Made by a program: the position numbers and the translations under genes
Notes under the pieces: generated by a model
Seen by the model: the letters and a program-made list of their open reading frames with translations, nothing else
Databases searched by the model: none
Told to the model about the DNA's origin: nothing
Assembly (NCBI GenBank): GCA_028748975.1
Contig: JAQTPI010000001.1
Coordinates: 354 to 64,353, forward strand
Direction: 5' to 3'
From: Patescibacteria group bacterium
Lineage (GTDB): Bacteria > Patescibacteriota > Patescibacteriia > UBA2196
DNA length: 64,000 nucleotides
Part shown: positions 46,423-59,344 of the stretch, one piece after another
Layout: every line of letters begins with the position of its first letter
Position numbering within the stretch: the stretch's first letter is position 1

Positions 46423-49065
46423 ATGCTACTCTCACTAAACTGGCTAAAAACCTACGTCGATTTACCAAAAAACCTGACTGCCAAAAAACTGGCGGCGGAC
46501 TTGACCATGACCACTTGCGAAGTGGAACGGGTGGAAAATCTGGCGGAAAAGTTTGACAACATGGTTGTTGGTAAAATTATTTCTATAAAAAATCATCCTA
46601 ATGCTGATAAACTTAAAATTGTCATGACGGATATAGGCAATCAGAAATTAGAAATCAGAAATCAGGGGCAAAAAAATATTGTTCAAATTGTCTGCGGGGG
46701 AACGAATCTACGCGAAAATATGCTCGTGGCGGTGGCCCTGCCCGGCGCCAAAGTGCGCTGGCATGGCGAGGGCGAGTCGGTGGTTATGGAAAAGGCAAAA
46801 ATCCGGGGCGAAGAATCTTTTGGCATGATTTGCGCCAGTAGCGAAATCGGTCTTGCTGATGTGTTTCCGGCTGAAAGCGATCGAGAAATTATTGATTTAA
46901 GCGGAATTAAGAAAATAAAAGCCGGACAAAACCTGGCCGAGGCTTTGGGCATGGACGATATGATTATTGAAATTGAAAATAAGACAATTACTAACAGACC
47001 TGACTTATGGAATCATCTTGGAATAGCGAGGGAGTTATCAGTCATATATAATACAAGTTTGAAGGCTAAAAATTTCCAATTTCCAATTTCCAATTTCCAA
47101 AAAAATTTCAAATCTAAAATTTCAAATTCCAAACTTGACATTCAAATCGATGATAAACAAGCTTGTTCCAGATATATTGGTTGTTTAGTAAAAAATGTTA
47201 AAGTCGCGGCGTCGCCGGAATGGCTGCAAAAAAGTTTGGCGAGCGTGGGCATTCGGCCGATTAACAACATTGTGGACATCACTAATTATGTCATGCTGGA
47301 CGTCGGACAGCCGATGCATGCTTTTGATAAAGCAAAGCTTTATCAAAAGCAATTTCCAATTTCCAAGATACAATTTCCAAACGATAAAAATATAAATATC
47401 ATTGTAAGAAAAGCCAAAAATGGTGAAAAAATAAAATCACTGGACGGAATAGAAAGAAAACTTGATGATTCAATGTTGATTATTGCGGACGCTAAAAAAC
47501 CAATCGCCATTGCCGGAATTATGGGCGGGGAGGAATCGGGCATTGATGAAAAAACAAATGAAATTATTTTTGAGGCGGCGAATTTCAACGCCATGTCAAT
47601 TCGGAAAACTTCGCAAAAATTGGGTTTGCGTTCCGAATCTTCCAATCGGTTTGAAAAAAATCTGGATCCGAATTTTGCCGAGCTGGCCATGGCGCGCGCG
47701 CTAAAATTAGTCAAAGAACTTTGTCCCGAAGCGGAAATTGTTGCTTACCAAGATGAAAATTTGGTGAAGGAGAAAAAAATAGTGATAAAAGTAGATCATA
47801 GTTTCCTTGAGAAAAAGATCGGGCAGACGCTTGATATGAAGGATATAGTAAAAAAACTAGAGAGCCTTGGTTTTAAGGTTGATACTAAAAAAGATAAAAA
47901 AGAAATAACGAAATATCGCGCCTCGTCCCGCAATTCTGCGGGACTCGGCGCTGGAAATAACGATATAATTTATCAAATTGAAGTTCCGAGCTGGCGGGCG
48001 ACTGGGGACATTTTCATTCCTGAGGATATAGTAGAAGAAGTAGCGCGGGTGATTGGTTATGACAATTTGGCAGAGCACAAAATTCTGGTGGAATTGGCAA
48101 AACCCAAAATTCAAATGGAGCAAATTTTGGAGAACAGAACCAAGAAATTTTTGGCTTTGGCCGGCGGTTTTAGCGAGGTTTTTAACTATCCTTGGGCCAA
48201 AGAAATTACCTTGAAAATACTTGGAAAAAATGATAAAATTATAAGTGTGGCAAACCCCCAAAGCGACGATAATTCGGCCCTGCAAAATAGCCTAATTCCA
48301 AACTTGCTTAAAAACACCGAAGACAATCTGCGCTATTTTGATGAGTTTAAAATTTTTGAATTGGCGCGGGTGTATCTGCCGGAATTTAATAAGATTGATA
48401 GTAAATTTCAAGACAAACTTCCCAATCAGCCAAAAATGTTGGCCGGTGTTGTGGTGACGCAAAAAGACAAAAACGCATTTTTGGAGCTAAAGGGAGTATT
48501 AGAAGGACTATTTAAGAAACTAGAAACTAGGAATTGGAAACTCGTCATCCCGAGCGAGCGGAGCGAAGCGATGGGATCTTTTTCATATTTAGATAAAGAA
48601 AAACTTTTGTCTATTGAAATCGACGGGAAAGAAATTGGTTTTATTGGTGAGTTGAAAGAAAATATTTATCGTCAGTTTGGTTTCAAAAACAGAAAAGTGG
48701 CGTTGTTTGAAATTAATTTTGATAAGTTGGTTTTGGCAGAGCAAAAAACGGAAGGTGTAAAATACGCGCCCTTGCCGCAGTTTCCATCAATAATTCGTGA
48801 TTTGGCGTTTGAATTGGATTGGAAAGTCAGGTGGTCTGAGATAGTCGAAGGGATTCTTCGCTTCGCTCAGAATGACAAACTCATTAAAAATGTGGAATTT
48901 CTTTCTGAGTTTGGACTGGGCGACAGAAAATCAGTGGCTTTCAGAATTGTCTATCAAGCCGACCGGACGCTTAAAGAGGAAGAGGTGGAAGTGGTGGAAA
49001 AGAAAATTGTGGAAATAATAAGTAAAAAATTTAACGCGCGGCTTCGCGCGGCGCTGGGGAAATAA
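46423..49065 (+). CDS. pheT: Phenylalanine-tRNA ligase beta subunit with at least six repeat inserts
   Basis: HPNADKL, IVCGG.N, S.GMICA, NRPD, INNIVDITNYV, GQPMHAFD, DIVEEVAR. Confidence 0.96.
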   Translation: MLLSLNWLKTYVDLPKNLTAKKLAADLTMTTCEVERVENLAEKFDNMVVGKIISIKNHPNADKLKIVMTDIGNQKLEIRNQGQKNIVQIVCGGTNLRENMLVAVALPGAKVRWHGEGESVVMEKAKIRGEESFGMICASSEIGLADVFPAESDREIIDLSGIKKIKAGQNLAEALGMDDMIIEIENKTITNRPDLWNHLGIARELSVIYNTSLKAKNFQFPISNFQKNFKSKISNSKLDIQIDDKQACSRYIGCLVKNVKVAASPEWLQKSLASVGIRPINNIVDITNYVMLDVGQPMHAFDKAKLYQKQFPISKIQFPNDKNINIIVRKAKNGEKIKSLDGIERKLDDSMLIIADAKKPIAIAGIMGGEESGIDEKTNEIIFEAANFNAMSIRKTSQKLGLRSESSNRFEKNLDPNFAELAMARALKLVKELCPEAEIVAYQDENLVKEKKIVIKVDHSFLEKKIGQTLDMKDIVKKLESLGFKVDTKKDKKEITKYRASSRNSAGLGAGNNDIIYQIEVPSWRATGDIFIPEDIVEEVARVIGYDNLAEHKILVELAKPKIQMEQILENRTKKFLALAGGFSEVFNYPWAKEITLKILGKNDKIISVANPQSDDNSALQNSLIPNLLKNTEDNLRYFDEFKIFELARVYLPEFNKIDSKFQDKLPNQPKMLAGVVVTQKDKNAFLELKGVLEGLFKKLETRNWKLVIPSERSEAMGSFSYLDKEKLLSIEIDGKEIGFIGELKENIYRQFGFKNRKVALFEINFDKLVLAEQKTEGVKYAPLPQFPSIIRDLAFELDWKVRWSEIVEGILRFAQNDKLIKNVEFLSEFGLGDRKSVAFRIVYQADRTLKEEEVEVVEKKIVEIISKKFNARLRAALGK

Positions 49066-49108
49066 AAAAATCCCGCACGGGCGGGATTATGAGAAGTAAA
49101 TAAGCATT

Positions 49109-49354
49109 TTAATATTGTTTGTTGTTGGCTTCAAATTCTTTTTTTGAGATTTTTTTATAAAATAATATCACGACCCTTGTCTCCCTTTTATACCTCTTTT
49201 TAGATGATTTTTCTATCTCTTTTTCTGATGAGTGTCTCAAAAAAATTCCACCTTTTTGAGAAAAATATCCATTACCGAAACCAATTGGTTGATTAAGAGC
49301 GTCTCTGTAAGCATGTGACACAAACCAGTAGGTTAACTTTTTTGGTTTTCTCAT
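49109..49354 (-). CDS. ORFan with own promoter
   Basis: GGAGG SD; TTGACA-17-TAGAAT at 49465-49437. Confidence 0.6.
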   Translation of the reverse strand: MRKPKKLTYWFVSHAYRDALNQPIGFGNGYFSQKGGIFLRHSSEKEIEKSSKKRYKRETRVVILFYKKISKKEFEANNKQY

Positions 49355-49505
49355 ACTTTCCTCCCTATTTTGATTGTTTTAGCTCAATTGAGCTGGTTTT
49401 AGCAGAGACGTGGCTCTGCCGTGAATTACTAATTCAATTCTATCGTACCTAAAATTTTATGTCAAGCGACGGCTGGACGACCTCACCCCGACCCTCTCCT
49501 TGTAA

Positions 49506-51737
<2,232 letters not shown>

Positions 51738-51740
51738 TTT

Positions 51741-51819
51741 TACCTCCCCCAACCCCCTCCTTATAAAGGAGGGGAGCTCCTGGCATCTCCCCCTTGATAA
51801 GGGGGAGCGCGAGGGAGTC
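51741..51819. repeat. CCCCTCC-TTATAA-GGAGGGG element
   Basis: Reverse-orientation relative of 57039-57124 and of the uvrD insert 36310-36430. Confidence 0.8.
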
Positions 51820-51884
51820 AGTTAGCTGATATATTAATTTGTCATTCCCGCGATCCGCCAGCTGGCGGAGGGAATTCAGAAAAT

Positions 51885-52307
51885 ATGGTAAAATCCAAGG
51901 AAACAATTAATTGTCAAGAAAATAGATTATCAGAAGCAGAGTGGAAGCTTATTACAAAAACAGCAGCGGAATTTTTGCAGGCCGATATGAAAGGATTGGT
52001 CGACTGGTATACTAGTCTATTAACAGAAGATGGTAAAAAATTTGTTGCCGAAGAATTAAAATTAGAAGACGGAGAAATAATGGTTCCTTTTGTTGTTTAT
52101 CTTTACCAGAAACCCAAAGAAGAGAGAAAAAAAATAATTACCGCAATAAATCATCTGCCAGAATTTTTTGGTCTGCCAGGAATCGGCGGTCACCATAAAG
52201 TAGGAACCTTTATTGATCATCTTGATAAAAAAATAATAGTAAAAAGAATTAACAAGAGGAATGACTATTTTATAGGGAAACCACTTGAGCCTTTAATAGA
52301 AGAATGA
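51885..52307 (+). CDS. Hypothetical protein
   Basis: 140-aa AT-rich ORF. Confidence 0.55.
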   Translation: MVKSKETINCQENRLSEAEWKLITKTAAEFLQADMKGLVDWYTSLLTEDGKKFVAEELKLEDGEIMVPFVVYLYQKPKEERKKIITAINHLPEFFGLPGIGGHHKVGTFIDHLDKKIIVKRINKRNDYFIGKPLEPLIEE

Positions 52308-52559
52308 CGAAGAAATAGTTAAACCTGTTTTATCCCTATTTGACAACCCAAACATGCCTGTGCTATCATTACAGCATAAGGCCTCCAGGGCCTTTTAAAA
52401 TCGATAAAAAATAGCTTTAAAAGCGGAATTTATCCCCTCCTTTCGAAGGAGGGGTGCCGAGTGAAACGAGGCGGGGTGGTTGTAACTTCAACCACAACCC
52501 CTCTGGGTTTCGCTTCGCTCAACCCACCTCCCCTTCGAAAGGGGAGGATAACAAAACAT

Positions 52560-52742
52560 ATGCCCAACAAATTAATAACTTACATCAAAGATTCCAAAAC
52601 CGAACTTAAGAAAGTTGTTTGGCCGACCAAAAAAATGGTCACCAACCACACGCTTTTGGTCATTGGTTTTGTGCTGGCCATGGCCGTCTTTTTAGGCGCG
52701 GTGGATTTTGGATTGAATAAATTGATTTCAAGTATCATTTAA
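52560..52742 (+). CDS. secE: Preprotein translocase subunit SecE
   Basis: ELKKVVWPT plus TM; upstream of nusG. Confidence 0.93.
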   Translation: MPNKLITYIKDSKTELKKVVWPTKKMVTNHTLLVIGFVLAMAVFLGAVDFGLNKLISSII

Positions 52743-52886
52743 ACAAATAGACACAGATATTAGACAGATAGATACAAATACACAGATTCCTGTATTCCAG
52801 GTCAAGCCCGGAAAGACAAGGAGAATAAACCCGTGTATCTGTGAAAATCTGTAGTCAAACTGTGAAAATCTGTTTTTAATATAACT

Positions 52887-53432
52887 ATGCCACGACAAAC
52901 CCTAAATCAAGGCAAACGCTGGTACGCCATTCACACCTATTCCGGCTACGAAGACAGCGTGGTCCACAACCTCAAACAAAGAATCGAGTCCTTGGACATG
53001 CAGGACAGAATTTTTAATGTCTTGGCGCCCAAAGAAAAAAAGATTAAAATTAAAAACGGCAAGCGCTCGGTCGTGGAAGAAAAAATTTATCCCGGTTATG
53101 TTTTGGTGGAAATGGAAGTGACCGACGCCTCTTGGTATGTCGTGCGCAATACGCCGAATGTCACCGGTTTCATCGGCGCCGGCACCACGCCCTCGCCTTT
53201 AAGTGAAAAAGAAATTGAAGAAATGCAGAAACGCATGGGCATTGAAGAGCCGAAATATAAAATTGATATTTCCATCAATATGCCGGTCAGAGTGGTGGAC
53301 GGGCCCTTCAAAGAAATGGAAGGCAAAGTGGCGGAAATTGATGAAGCGCGCGGCCGCGTCAAAGTTCTTGTTTCCATGTTCGGCCGCGAAACTCCGGTGG
53401 ATTTGGACTTTTTGCAAATTAAGAAAATATAA
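52887..53432 (+). CDS. nusG: Transcription termination/antitermination factor NusG
   Basis: WYAIHTYSGYE, PGYVLVEM, VRNTP.VTGF, DGPF, FGRETPV. Confidence 0.98.
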   Translation: MPRQTLNQGKRWYAIHTYSGYEDSVVHNLKQRIESLDMQDRIFNVLAPKEKKIKIKNGKRSVVEEKIYPGYVLVEMEVTDASWYVVRNTPNVTGFIGAGTTPSPLSEKEIEEMQKRMGIEEPKYKIDISINMPVRVVDGPFKEMEGKVAEIDEARGRVKVLVSMFGRETPVDLDFLQIKKI

Positions 53433-53439
53433 CAGTAAT

Positions 53440-53620
53440 AATTTCCAATAACCAAGAAACAATTTCCAAATAAGTTCCAAATACCAAATTCCAAATAATC
53501 ATATTTTGAATTTTGGTTATTGAAATTTGTGGTTGTCCTTAGGACAACCATCCCGCAATTCTGCGGGATGCCAGCGAAGCTGGCATTTATTTGGAAATTG
53601 GAACTTGTATCTTGGAACTT
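53440..53620. repeat. 181-bp MITE-like repeat, copy 3
   Basis: Matches 22926-23106. Confidence 0.92.
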
Positions 53621-53700
53621 AAAAGATAAAGAATAAGAAATAAACGCGATTAACTTTGTCTTGCTTCTGGATAAAATTAATCTCCAATAAAGATGATTAT

Positions 53701-54123
53701 ATGGCTAAAGAAATTAAAACAATATTAAAATTACAAATTAAAGGCGGAGCCGCCAATCCGGCGCCGCCGGTTGGTCCGGCTTTGGGCCAGCATGGCTTGA
53801 ACATCCAGGATTTTTGCAGTAAGTTTAATGCCGCCACTAAAGACAAAGCTGGCCAGGTCATTCCGGCCGAAATCACGGTTTTTACCGACCGCACTTTTAC
53901 TTTTAAACTGAAAACTCCGCCCGCGGCCGAACTTTTGAAAAAAGCCGCCAAAATTGAAAAAGGTTCAGGCAAGCCGAATTCGGAAAAAGTCGGCACGGTA
54001 ACCAAAGCCCAAATTAAAGAAATCGCCGAAATTAAAATGCCGGATTTGAATGCTCACGATGTAGCGGCGGCGATGAAAATTATTGAGGGAACAGCCAGAC
54101 AGATGGGAATAACTGTAGAGTAA
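53701..54123 (+). CDS. rplK: 50S ribosomal protein L11
   Basis: [26 protein letters not shown]. Confidence 0.98.
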   Translation: MAKEIKTILKLQIKGGAANPAPPVGPALGQHGLNIQDFCSKFNAATKDKAGQVIPAEITVFTDRTFTFKLKTPPAAELLKKAAKIEKGSGKPNSEKVGTVTKAQIKEIAEIKMPDLNAHDVAAAMKIIEGTARQMGITVE

Positions 54124-54177
54124 TTTTCAATTTTATAATTTTTAATTTTTAATAAGTTGGCGCTTCGCGCCAATTAT

Positions 54178-54213
54178 GTGGGAGATTTACTAGTCCTAAA
54201 TCGTTTGCACCAC
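54178..54213 (+). promoter_or_regulatory. Putative L1 autoregulatory binding site
   Basis: GTGGGAG..CACCAC kinked-stem pattern between rplK and rplA. Confidence 0.6.
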
Positions 54214-54265
54214 TAAATCTGCGATTATTAGCATTATTCGCCAACATTCGCACGATTAGCATCGT

Positions 54266-54943
54266 ATGAAAAAACCAATCAAGAAAAAGAAAAAAGTTTA
54301 TCCTCAAATCGAAAAGGGTAAAACCTATTCAATTGAAGAAGCAATTAAGTTAGTCAAAGAAACTACCAAGGCCAAGTTTGACGAATCTTTGGAAATTCAT
54401 GTGCATCTCGGAGTTGATACTTCCAAAGGCGAACAGCAAGTGCGCTCCACTGTGGTTCTGCCAGCTGGTTCCGGTAAGACCAAAAAAATCGTGGTCTTTA
54501 CGGAAAATGAAAAAGAAGCCTTGGAAGCCGGCGCGGACATTGCCGGCGGCAAAGAATTAATCAATAAAATTAAAACTTCTGGCGTGATTGATTTTGAAGT
54601 GGCGGTGGCCACTCCTTCCATGATGAAAGAATTGGCCGGCGTGGCGAAAATTTTAGGTCCCAAAGGCCTCATGCCCAGCCCCAAAAACGAGACCGTGACC
54701 ACTAACATCAAAAAGGCCGTGAGCGAGCTCAAAGGCGGCAAAGTGGCCTTTAAAAGCGATGATACGGGCAACATTCACCAGCTCATTGGCAAGGTCTCCT
54801 GGGACGCCTCTAAACTGAAATCCAACGTGGAAGCGTTTATGGAAGCCGTGCGTAAAGCCAAACCAGCGAGCGCCAAAGGCGACTATATTAAAAAAGTGGT
54901 GATTTGTTCCACGATGGGACCGGGAGTGAGAATCGCAATATAA
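54266..54943 (+). CDS. rplA: 50S ribosomal protein L1
   Basis: KFDES, LGPKGLMPSPK, STMGPG. Confidence 0.98.
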   Translation: MKKPIKKKKKVYPQIEKGKTYSIEEAIKLVKETTKAKFDESLEIHVHLGVDTSKGEQQVRSTVVLPAGSGKTKKIVVFTENEKEALEAGADIAGGKELINKIKTSGVIDFEVAVATPSMMKELAGVAKILGPKGLMPSPKNETVTTNIKKAVSELKGGKVAFKSDDTGNIHQLIGKVSWDASKLKSNVEAFMEAVRKAKPASAKGDYIKKVVICSTMGPGVRIAI

Positions 54944-55046
54944 AAAATTAAAAATAAAATATAAAAAACAGATTCGACACTATGTCGGACCTGTTTTTGT
55001 TTTGACAAATAAAAAAGCCCTAATATATAGGGCTGGGTAGAAGCGT

Positions 55047-55370
55047 TTAGTTGGCGACTTCTTTTATTGAAAGATGGTGGTAAATCGGTTCAGCAAAATG
55101 CGTAAAAAAGAAAATCGCGATCAATATCCACCTAATGAAGTATGGAACAATGTGATTATTAAGTCCAAAGATGTGAAAGGCATAACCGATCAATAAAAAT
55201 ATGATTCCATTTCCAAGATGTAACCAATAAAAAAGTTTTCTGTTTTTCATATGAGCGGGAATGGACCAATCTTCAAAATAAGTTTTCAAGCCAGTCAGTC
55301 TGCAGAGAGAACCAATAAAAGTTATCAAACTTACTAATACTGCGATCGCACAAAGCCAATCAAGAAACAT
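55047..55370 (-). CDS. Three-TM ORFan with own promoter
   Basis: AAGGAGG SD; TTGACA-17-TATAAT at 55480-55452. Confidence 0.65.
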   Translation of the reverse strand: MFLDWLCAIAVLVSLITFIGSLCRLTGLKTYFEDWSIPAHMKNRKLFYWLHLGNGIIFLLIGYAFHIFGLNNHIVPYFIRWILIAIFFFTHFAEPIYHHLSIKEVAN

Positions 55371-55520
55371 AAACCCTCCTTTTTTGTTAAATTTTCCAAA
55401 GAGATTTTGTTTGAAATAAGCCCAAATGGCCTATCCCAGTTTTCAAGAGGTATTATAGCAAATCCAAAAATTTTTGTCAAACCTAAATTGGTAAATGCTG
55501 TTTTGTGGTATAATTACTTT

Positions 55521-56918
55521 ATGAAATGTATAATTATTCCCCTTTTCTTGCTTTCCTTGTTTTTTCCTTTTTCCCCCGTCTCCGCGGCGGAGAATTTTAA
55601 TGTCTTGAAATTATATAATGCCGAGACGCTGGAATTTAAAAAAGAAATTCCATTAATGGAAAATATAGTTGGCTGGAATTTGAGCGCGGTGGATTTGGGT
55701 GGCGATGGCACCAGTGAAATTGTTTTTGGCGCGCCAGCTGGCGGGGAACCGAAGGTAAAAATTTTGCGCGCTGACGGCTCCAAAGTAAATGAGTTTTTGG
55801 CGTATGATAAAAATTTTAAAGGCGGTGTTTCCGTGGCTGGTTGTGATTTGGACGGCGATAAAAAAGGCGAGATTGTCACTGGCGCGGAATCCCTCGGCGG
55901 GCCACATATTAGAATTTTTGATGGTTTTGGAAAAGTAAAAATGATTGGAGGTTTTTTTGCGGCGGATAAGAAAGTCGTAGCTGGTGTGACAGTTGGTTGC
56001 GCGGATACTAATGGCGATGCAAAGGATGAAATAGTAGCACTGATTGGCGCGGTTTATCAGAAAAAAGTTTTAAAGATTTTTGATAGAGAAGGGAAGACGC
56101 TTGCGGAAACAAAAACAGATTTGGTCGGCCGTGGCGTGAAAATTTCCCGTGTGGACTTGGGCAATGACAAAGTGGAAGAAATTTTAATTTCCGGCGGATA
56201 TTTGGACGGGCCGAAAATTAAAATTTATCGCGGTGATTTAAGTTTGGTGAATGAATTTTGGTCATTTGATAAAAATCTTAAAGATGGAGTGGCGGCAGTC
56301 GGCGCGGATCTTAATAACGACGGCAAAGGAGAAATTGTAGCTTTGGCCGGGGTCTTGATGAATCCGCGCGTGAAGATTTTGGACGGTTTTGGCAACGAGA
56401 AAAATTCTTTCTTGCCCTGGGGTGAAATTTTTTTGGGCGGTTTAAACGGCTTAGTCGCTGATTTTGACGGCGACACCAAAAAAGAAATTATGGTAATGGC
56501 CAGGCGAGTTCCAACCGGCCGGACTGATTGGGAAAAATATATTGAAATTAATGTCACCACGCAAAGATTCAAATATTTTGAAAAAGGGATAATGCTTGGC
56601 GATTTTCTGACTTCCACTGGCAAACCCTCCACGCCCACGCGCCTCGGCGAATTTACTGCTTTTTCCAAATATATTATCGCTTATGGTGGTGCTGATGGAC
56701 AAAAATGGGGCATGCCATATTTTATTGGCTTTTATACTTCCGGTGGCTTGGTTAATGGCATCCACGAATTGCCGTTTTTGGACGGAGTGCGTGAAGGCAT
56801 TTGGGATTTGGGCCACGCTGTTTCGCATGGTTGCGTCCGCTTGGCCATGGACGGTACAGCCAAAGAGGTTTATGATTGGGTGGAGATTAATAAGACGAAG
56901 GTGTGGGTGCATAAATAA
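55521..56918 (+). CDS. Secreted L,D-transpeptidase with FG-GAP/VCBS repeats
   Basis: D.DGDG..EIV repeats; C-terminal GIH..LG...SHGCVR. Confidence 0.88.
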   Translation: MKCIIIPLFLLSLFFPFSPVSAAENFNVLKLYNAETLEFKKEIPLMENIVGWNLSAVDLGGDGTSEIVFGAPAGGEPKVKILRADGSKVNEFLAYDKNFKGGVSVAGCDLDGDKKGEIVTGAESLGGPHIRIFDGFGKVKMIGGFFAADKKVVAGVTVGCADTNGDAKDEIVALIGAVYQKKVLKIFDREGKTLAETKTDLVGRGVKISRVDLGNDKVEEILISGGYLDGPKIKIYRGDLSLVNEFWSFDKNLKDGVAAVGADLNNDGKGEIVALAGVLMNPRVKILDGFGNEKNSFLPWGEIFLGGLNGLVADFDGDTKKEIMVMARRVPTGRTDWEKYIEINVTTQRFKYFEKGIMLGDFLTSTGKPSTPTRLGEFTAFSKYIIAYGGADGQKWGMPYFIGFYTSGGLVNGIHELPFLDGVREGIWDLGHAVSHGCVRLAMDGTAKEVYDWVEINKTKVWVHK

Positions 56919-57186
56919 AATATCAAAAATCAAATATCAAAAATGCCAGCTCCGCTGGCATCCCGCAATTCTGCGGGATGGTTGCCCCAGGGCAATCAAA
57001 ATTTTGGTGTGCCGCTGTTGCGGCACGTAATGATAATAAACCCCTCCCAAACCCTCCCCTTAGTAAGGGGAGGAGCTTATGACGAGCTCCCCTCCTTTAT
57101 AAGGAGGGGGTTGGGGGAGGTAATTAATTTGCGTAAGTTTATATTTCGGGAGTATAATTGTTTTAAGAAAACTAATCCAAAAACAT

Positions 57187-58275
57187 ATGGAAAACCAAAC
57201 TTCCTATGTACGTCCCAGTTGGGATGAATATTTTCTGCAGATGCTGCCGGTGGTGGCCAGCCGGGCTACCTGCGACCGTGGCCGCAGTGGTTGTGTGATT
57301 GTGCGTGAAAAACGCATCATTTGCACCGGCTATGTGGGCGCGCCGCCGGGCCAGGCGCATTGTGATGAAGCCGGGCATTTAATATGGAAAACCATTGATG
57401 AGAATGGCGTGGAAACGGAACATTGCGTGCGTACAATTCACGCCGAGGCCAACGCCATCTATCAGGCGGCGCGTTTTGGACTGCCTCTTAAAGACGCCAC
57501 ACTTTATTGCCACATGGAACCCTGCTATAACTGCGCCATGGCTATTATTTCAGCCGGCATCAAACGTGTGGTTTGCGATAAACGTTATCATAAAGCCGAA
57601 CGCACCAGAAAATATTTCAACGATGCGGGGATTGAATTAGTTGTTTTACACAATGAAATAGAGGATTATGGTCAGAAGCCATCCAATAATTCCCAATTAA
57701 AGACGGTTTTTTTAGTTGGAATGTGTGGCGCTGGCAAAAGCGAAATAGCCGATTTTTTTATCAAGCATGGTTATGGTTATTTTCGTTTTGGTCAGATTAC
57801 TTTAGACGAAGTAAAAAGGCGTGGTTTGGAGCCGAACGAAGCAAATGAAAAACCAATTAGAGAGGGTTTTAGAAAAAAGTATGGCATGGCCGCTTTTGCT
57901 ATTTTGAATATGCCCAGAATTGATCAATTTTTAAATGAAGGAAAAAATGTCTTGGGTGATGGACTTTACAGCTGGTCAGAATATAAAGTTTTAAAAGAAA
58001 AATATGGCGACCAAATGATTGTCATCGCGGTTTACGCGGCGCCGAAAACTCGCTATGAACGCTTGGTTAATCGAGCGGAAAAATATAAAGACGATCCGAA
58101 TTTGAAATACCGTTCCTTTTCTTCCGCCGAAGCCAAAGCGCGCGATTACGCCGAACTGGAAAACATCGAAAAAGGCGGTCCGATTGCCATGGCGGATTAT
58201 ACCATTGTTAATGATGGGGACATGGAAAATTTGAAAAAGCAGATTGAGGAAGTTTGGGAGAAAATAAACCAGTAA
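57187..58275 (+). CDS. dCMP deaminase fused to P-loop nucleotide/dephospho-CoA kinase-like domain
   Basis: RPSWDEYF, HAEANAI, PCYNC; then VGMCGAGKS..DG..S..E..RD..E. Confidence 0.85.
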   Translation: MENQTSYVRPSWDEYFLQMLPVVASRATCDRGRSGCVIVREKRIICTGYVGAPPGQAHCDEAGHLIWKTIDENGVETEHCVRTIHAEANAIYQAARFGLPLKDATLYCHMEPCYNCAMAIISAGIKRVVCDKRYHKAERTRKYFNDAGIELVVLHNEIEDYGQKPSNNSQLKTVFLVGMCGAGKSEIADFFIKHGYGYFRFGQITLDEVKRRGLEPNEANEKPIREGFRKKYGMAAFAILNMPRIDQFLNEGKNVLGDGLYSWSEYKVLKEKYGDQMIVIAVYAAPKTRYERLVNRAEKYKDDPNLKYRSFSSAEAKARDYAELENIEKGGPIAMADYTIVNDGDMENLKKQIEEVWEKINQ

Positions 58276-58650
58276 AATAATATGTCATTCCCGCGCAGGC
58301 CTGCCCGACTGAATGACTTCAGTCGTTCGGGCGGGCGGGAATCTTGAAAATAAAAAAGACACGCATCGCATTCGTTATTGTGAACGGGCCAATAAAGTGA
58401 ATGTAACGCGCGTCCGACCGCTTATTTATTAGTCGCAGCGGGTTTGATGTTGATTGGCGACAGCATTTTTTTACGAGCGCTATCCTCGAAGGGTTGTTTT
58501 CTTTGACTTTCCCTCAAAGTCGCGTGGCGCAGAAACCGGATTATGCCCGTCCATAACTTATCCAGTGTTATCAGTTTATATTGTTTCCAAAAAATATGCA
58601 AATTAAAATCAAAAAACTAATAAATAAAAAATAAACAATCAGGAGGAATT

Positions 58651-59229
58651 ATGAAAAATCAAGGCAAATTAATTGCCATTGCCGGGTGCATGTTTTCGGG
58701 TAAAAATCGGTTGGCTCACAACCTAGTTCAAAATTTTAAAGAACAAGGCTTAACCAGTTGTTTTTTTAAAGCTTCTTGTGATCAGCGCGGCGGCAAAAAT
58801 ATTATCATTCGTGGCTTAGGTCAGGTTTCCGCCACCATCATTGATGATCGTAACCCCGAGCAGATTTTGTCTCATGCCCAAAATGAAGTAATAGTGATTG
58901 ATGAGGGCCAGTTTTTTAATCAGAAAATTATCGGGGTTTTGGAAGAATTAAGAAAAAGAGGGAAAATTGTCGTTGTGATTGGCTTGGATACGAATTTTAA
59001 GGGCGAGCCCTTTCATCCGATGCCGGAAATCATCGCCATTGCCGACGAAAGATTTTTTCCTCAAATGGCTCGGTGCGCGGTCTGTGGCCAGGTCGCCTCG
59101 CGCACCCAAAAACTTAATCTCGACGGCACGCCCGCCGGCCACAATTCCCCCCTGATTGATTCTGGCGGCGAACACTCTGGCGACCGTTATGAACCGCGCT
59201 GCCGCAGCTGTTATCAACCACCCCAATGA
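58651..59229 (+). CDS. tdk: Thymidine kinase
   Basis: G.MFSGK, IDEGQFF, GLD..F.GEPF, C..CG..A, YEPRCRSC. Confidence 0.9.
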   Translation: MKNQGKLIAIAGCMFSGKNRLAHNLVQNFKEQGLTSCFFKASCDQRGGKNIIIRGLGQVSATIIDDRNPEQILSHAQNEVIVIDEGQFFNQKIIGVLEELRKRGKIVVVIGLDTNFKGEPFHPMPEIIAIADERFFPQMARCAVCGQVASRTQKLNLDGTPAGHNSPLIDSGGEHSGDRYEPRCRSCYQPPQ

Positions 59230-59344
59230 GCAAAATAAAGGATGGATCACATTCCATCCTTTTTAATTTGACCGCCATTTTTTATTTTGTTAAGATATGG
59301 TGGACAACTGAACGTTTACAACTAAAACCAAACAGGAGGAAGGC

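Noticed and set aside
58338-58560. RNase P RNA (CAGAAACCGGATTAT resembles its 3' conserved region)
   Set aside because: No GAGGAAAGTCC partner upstream on the same strand.
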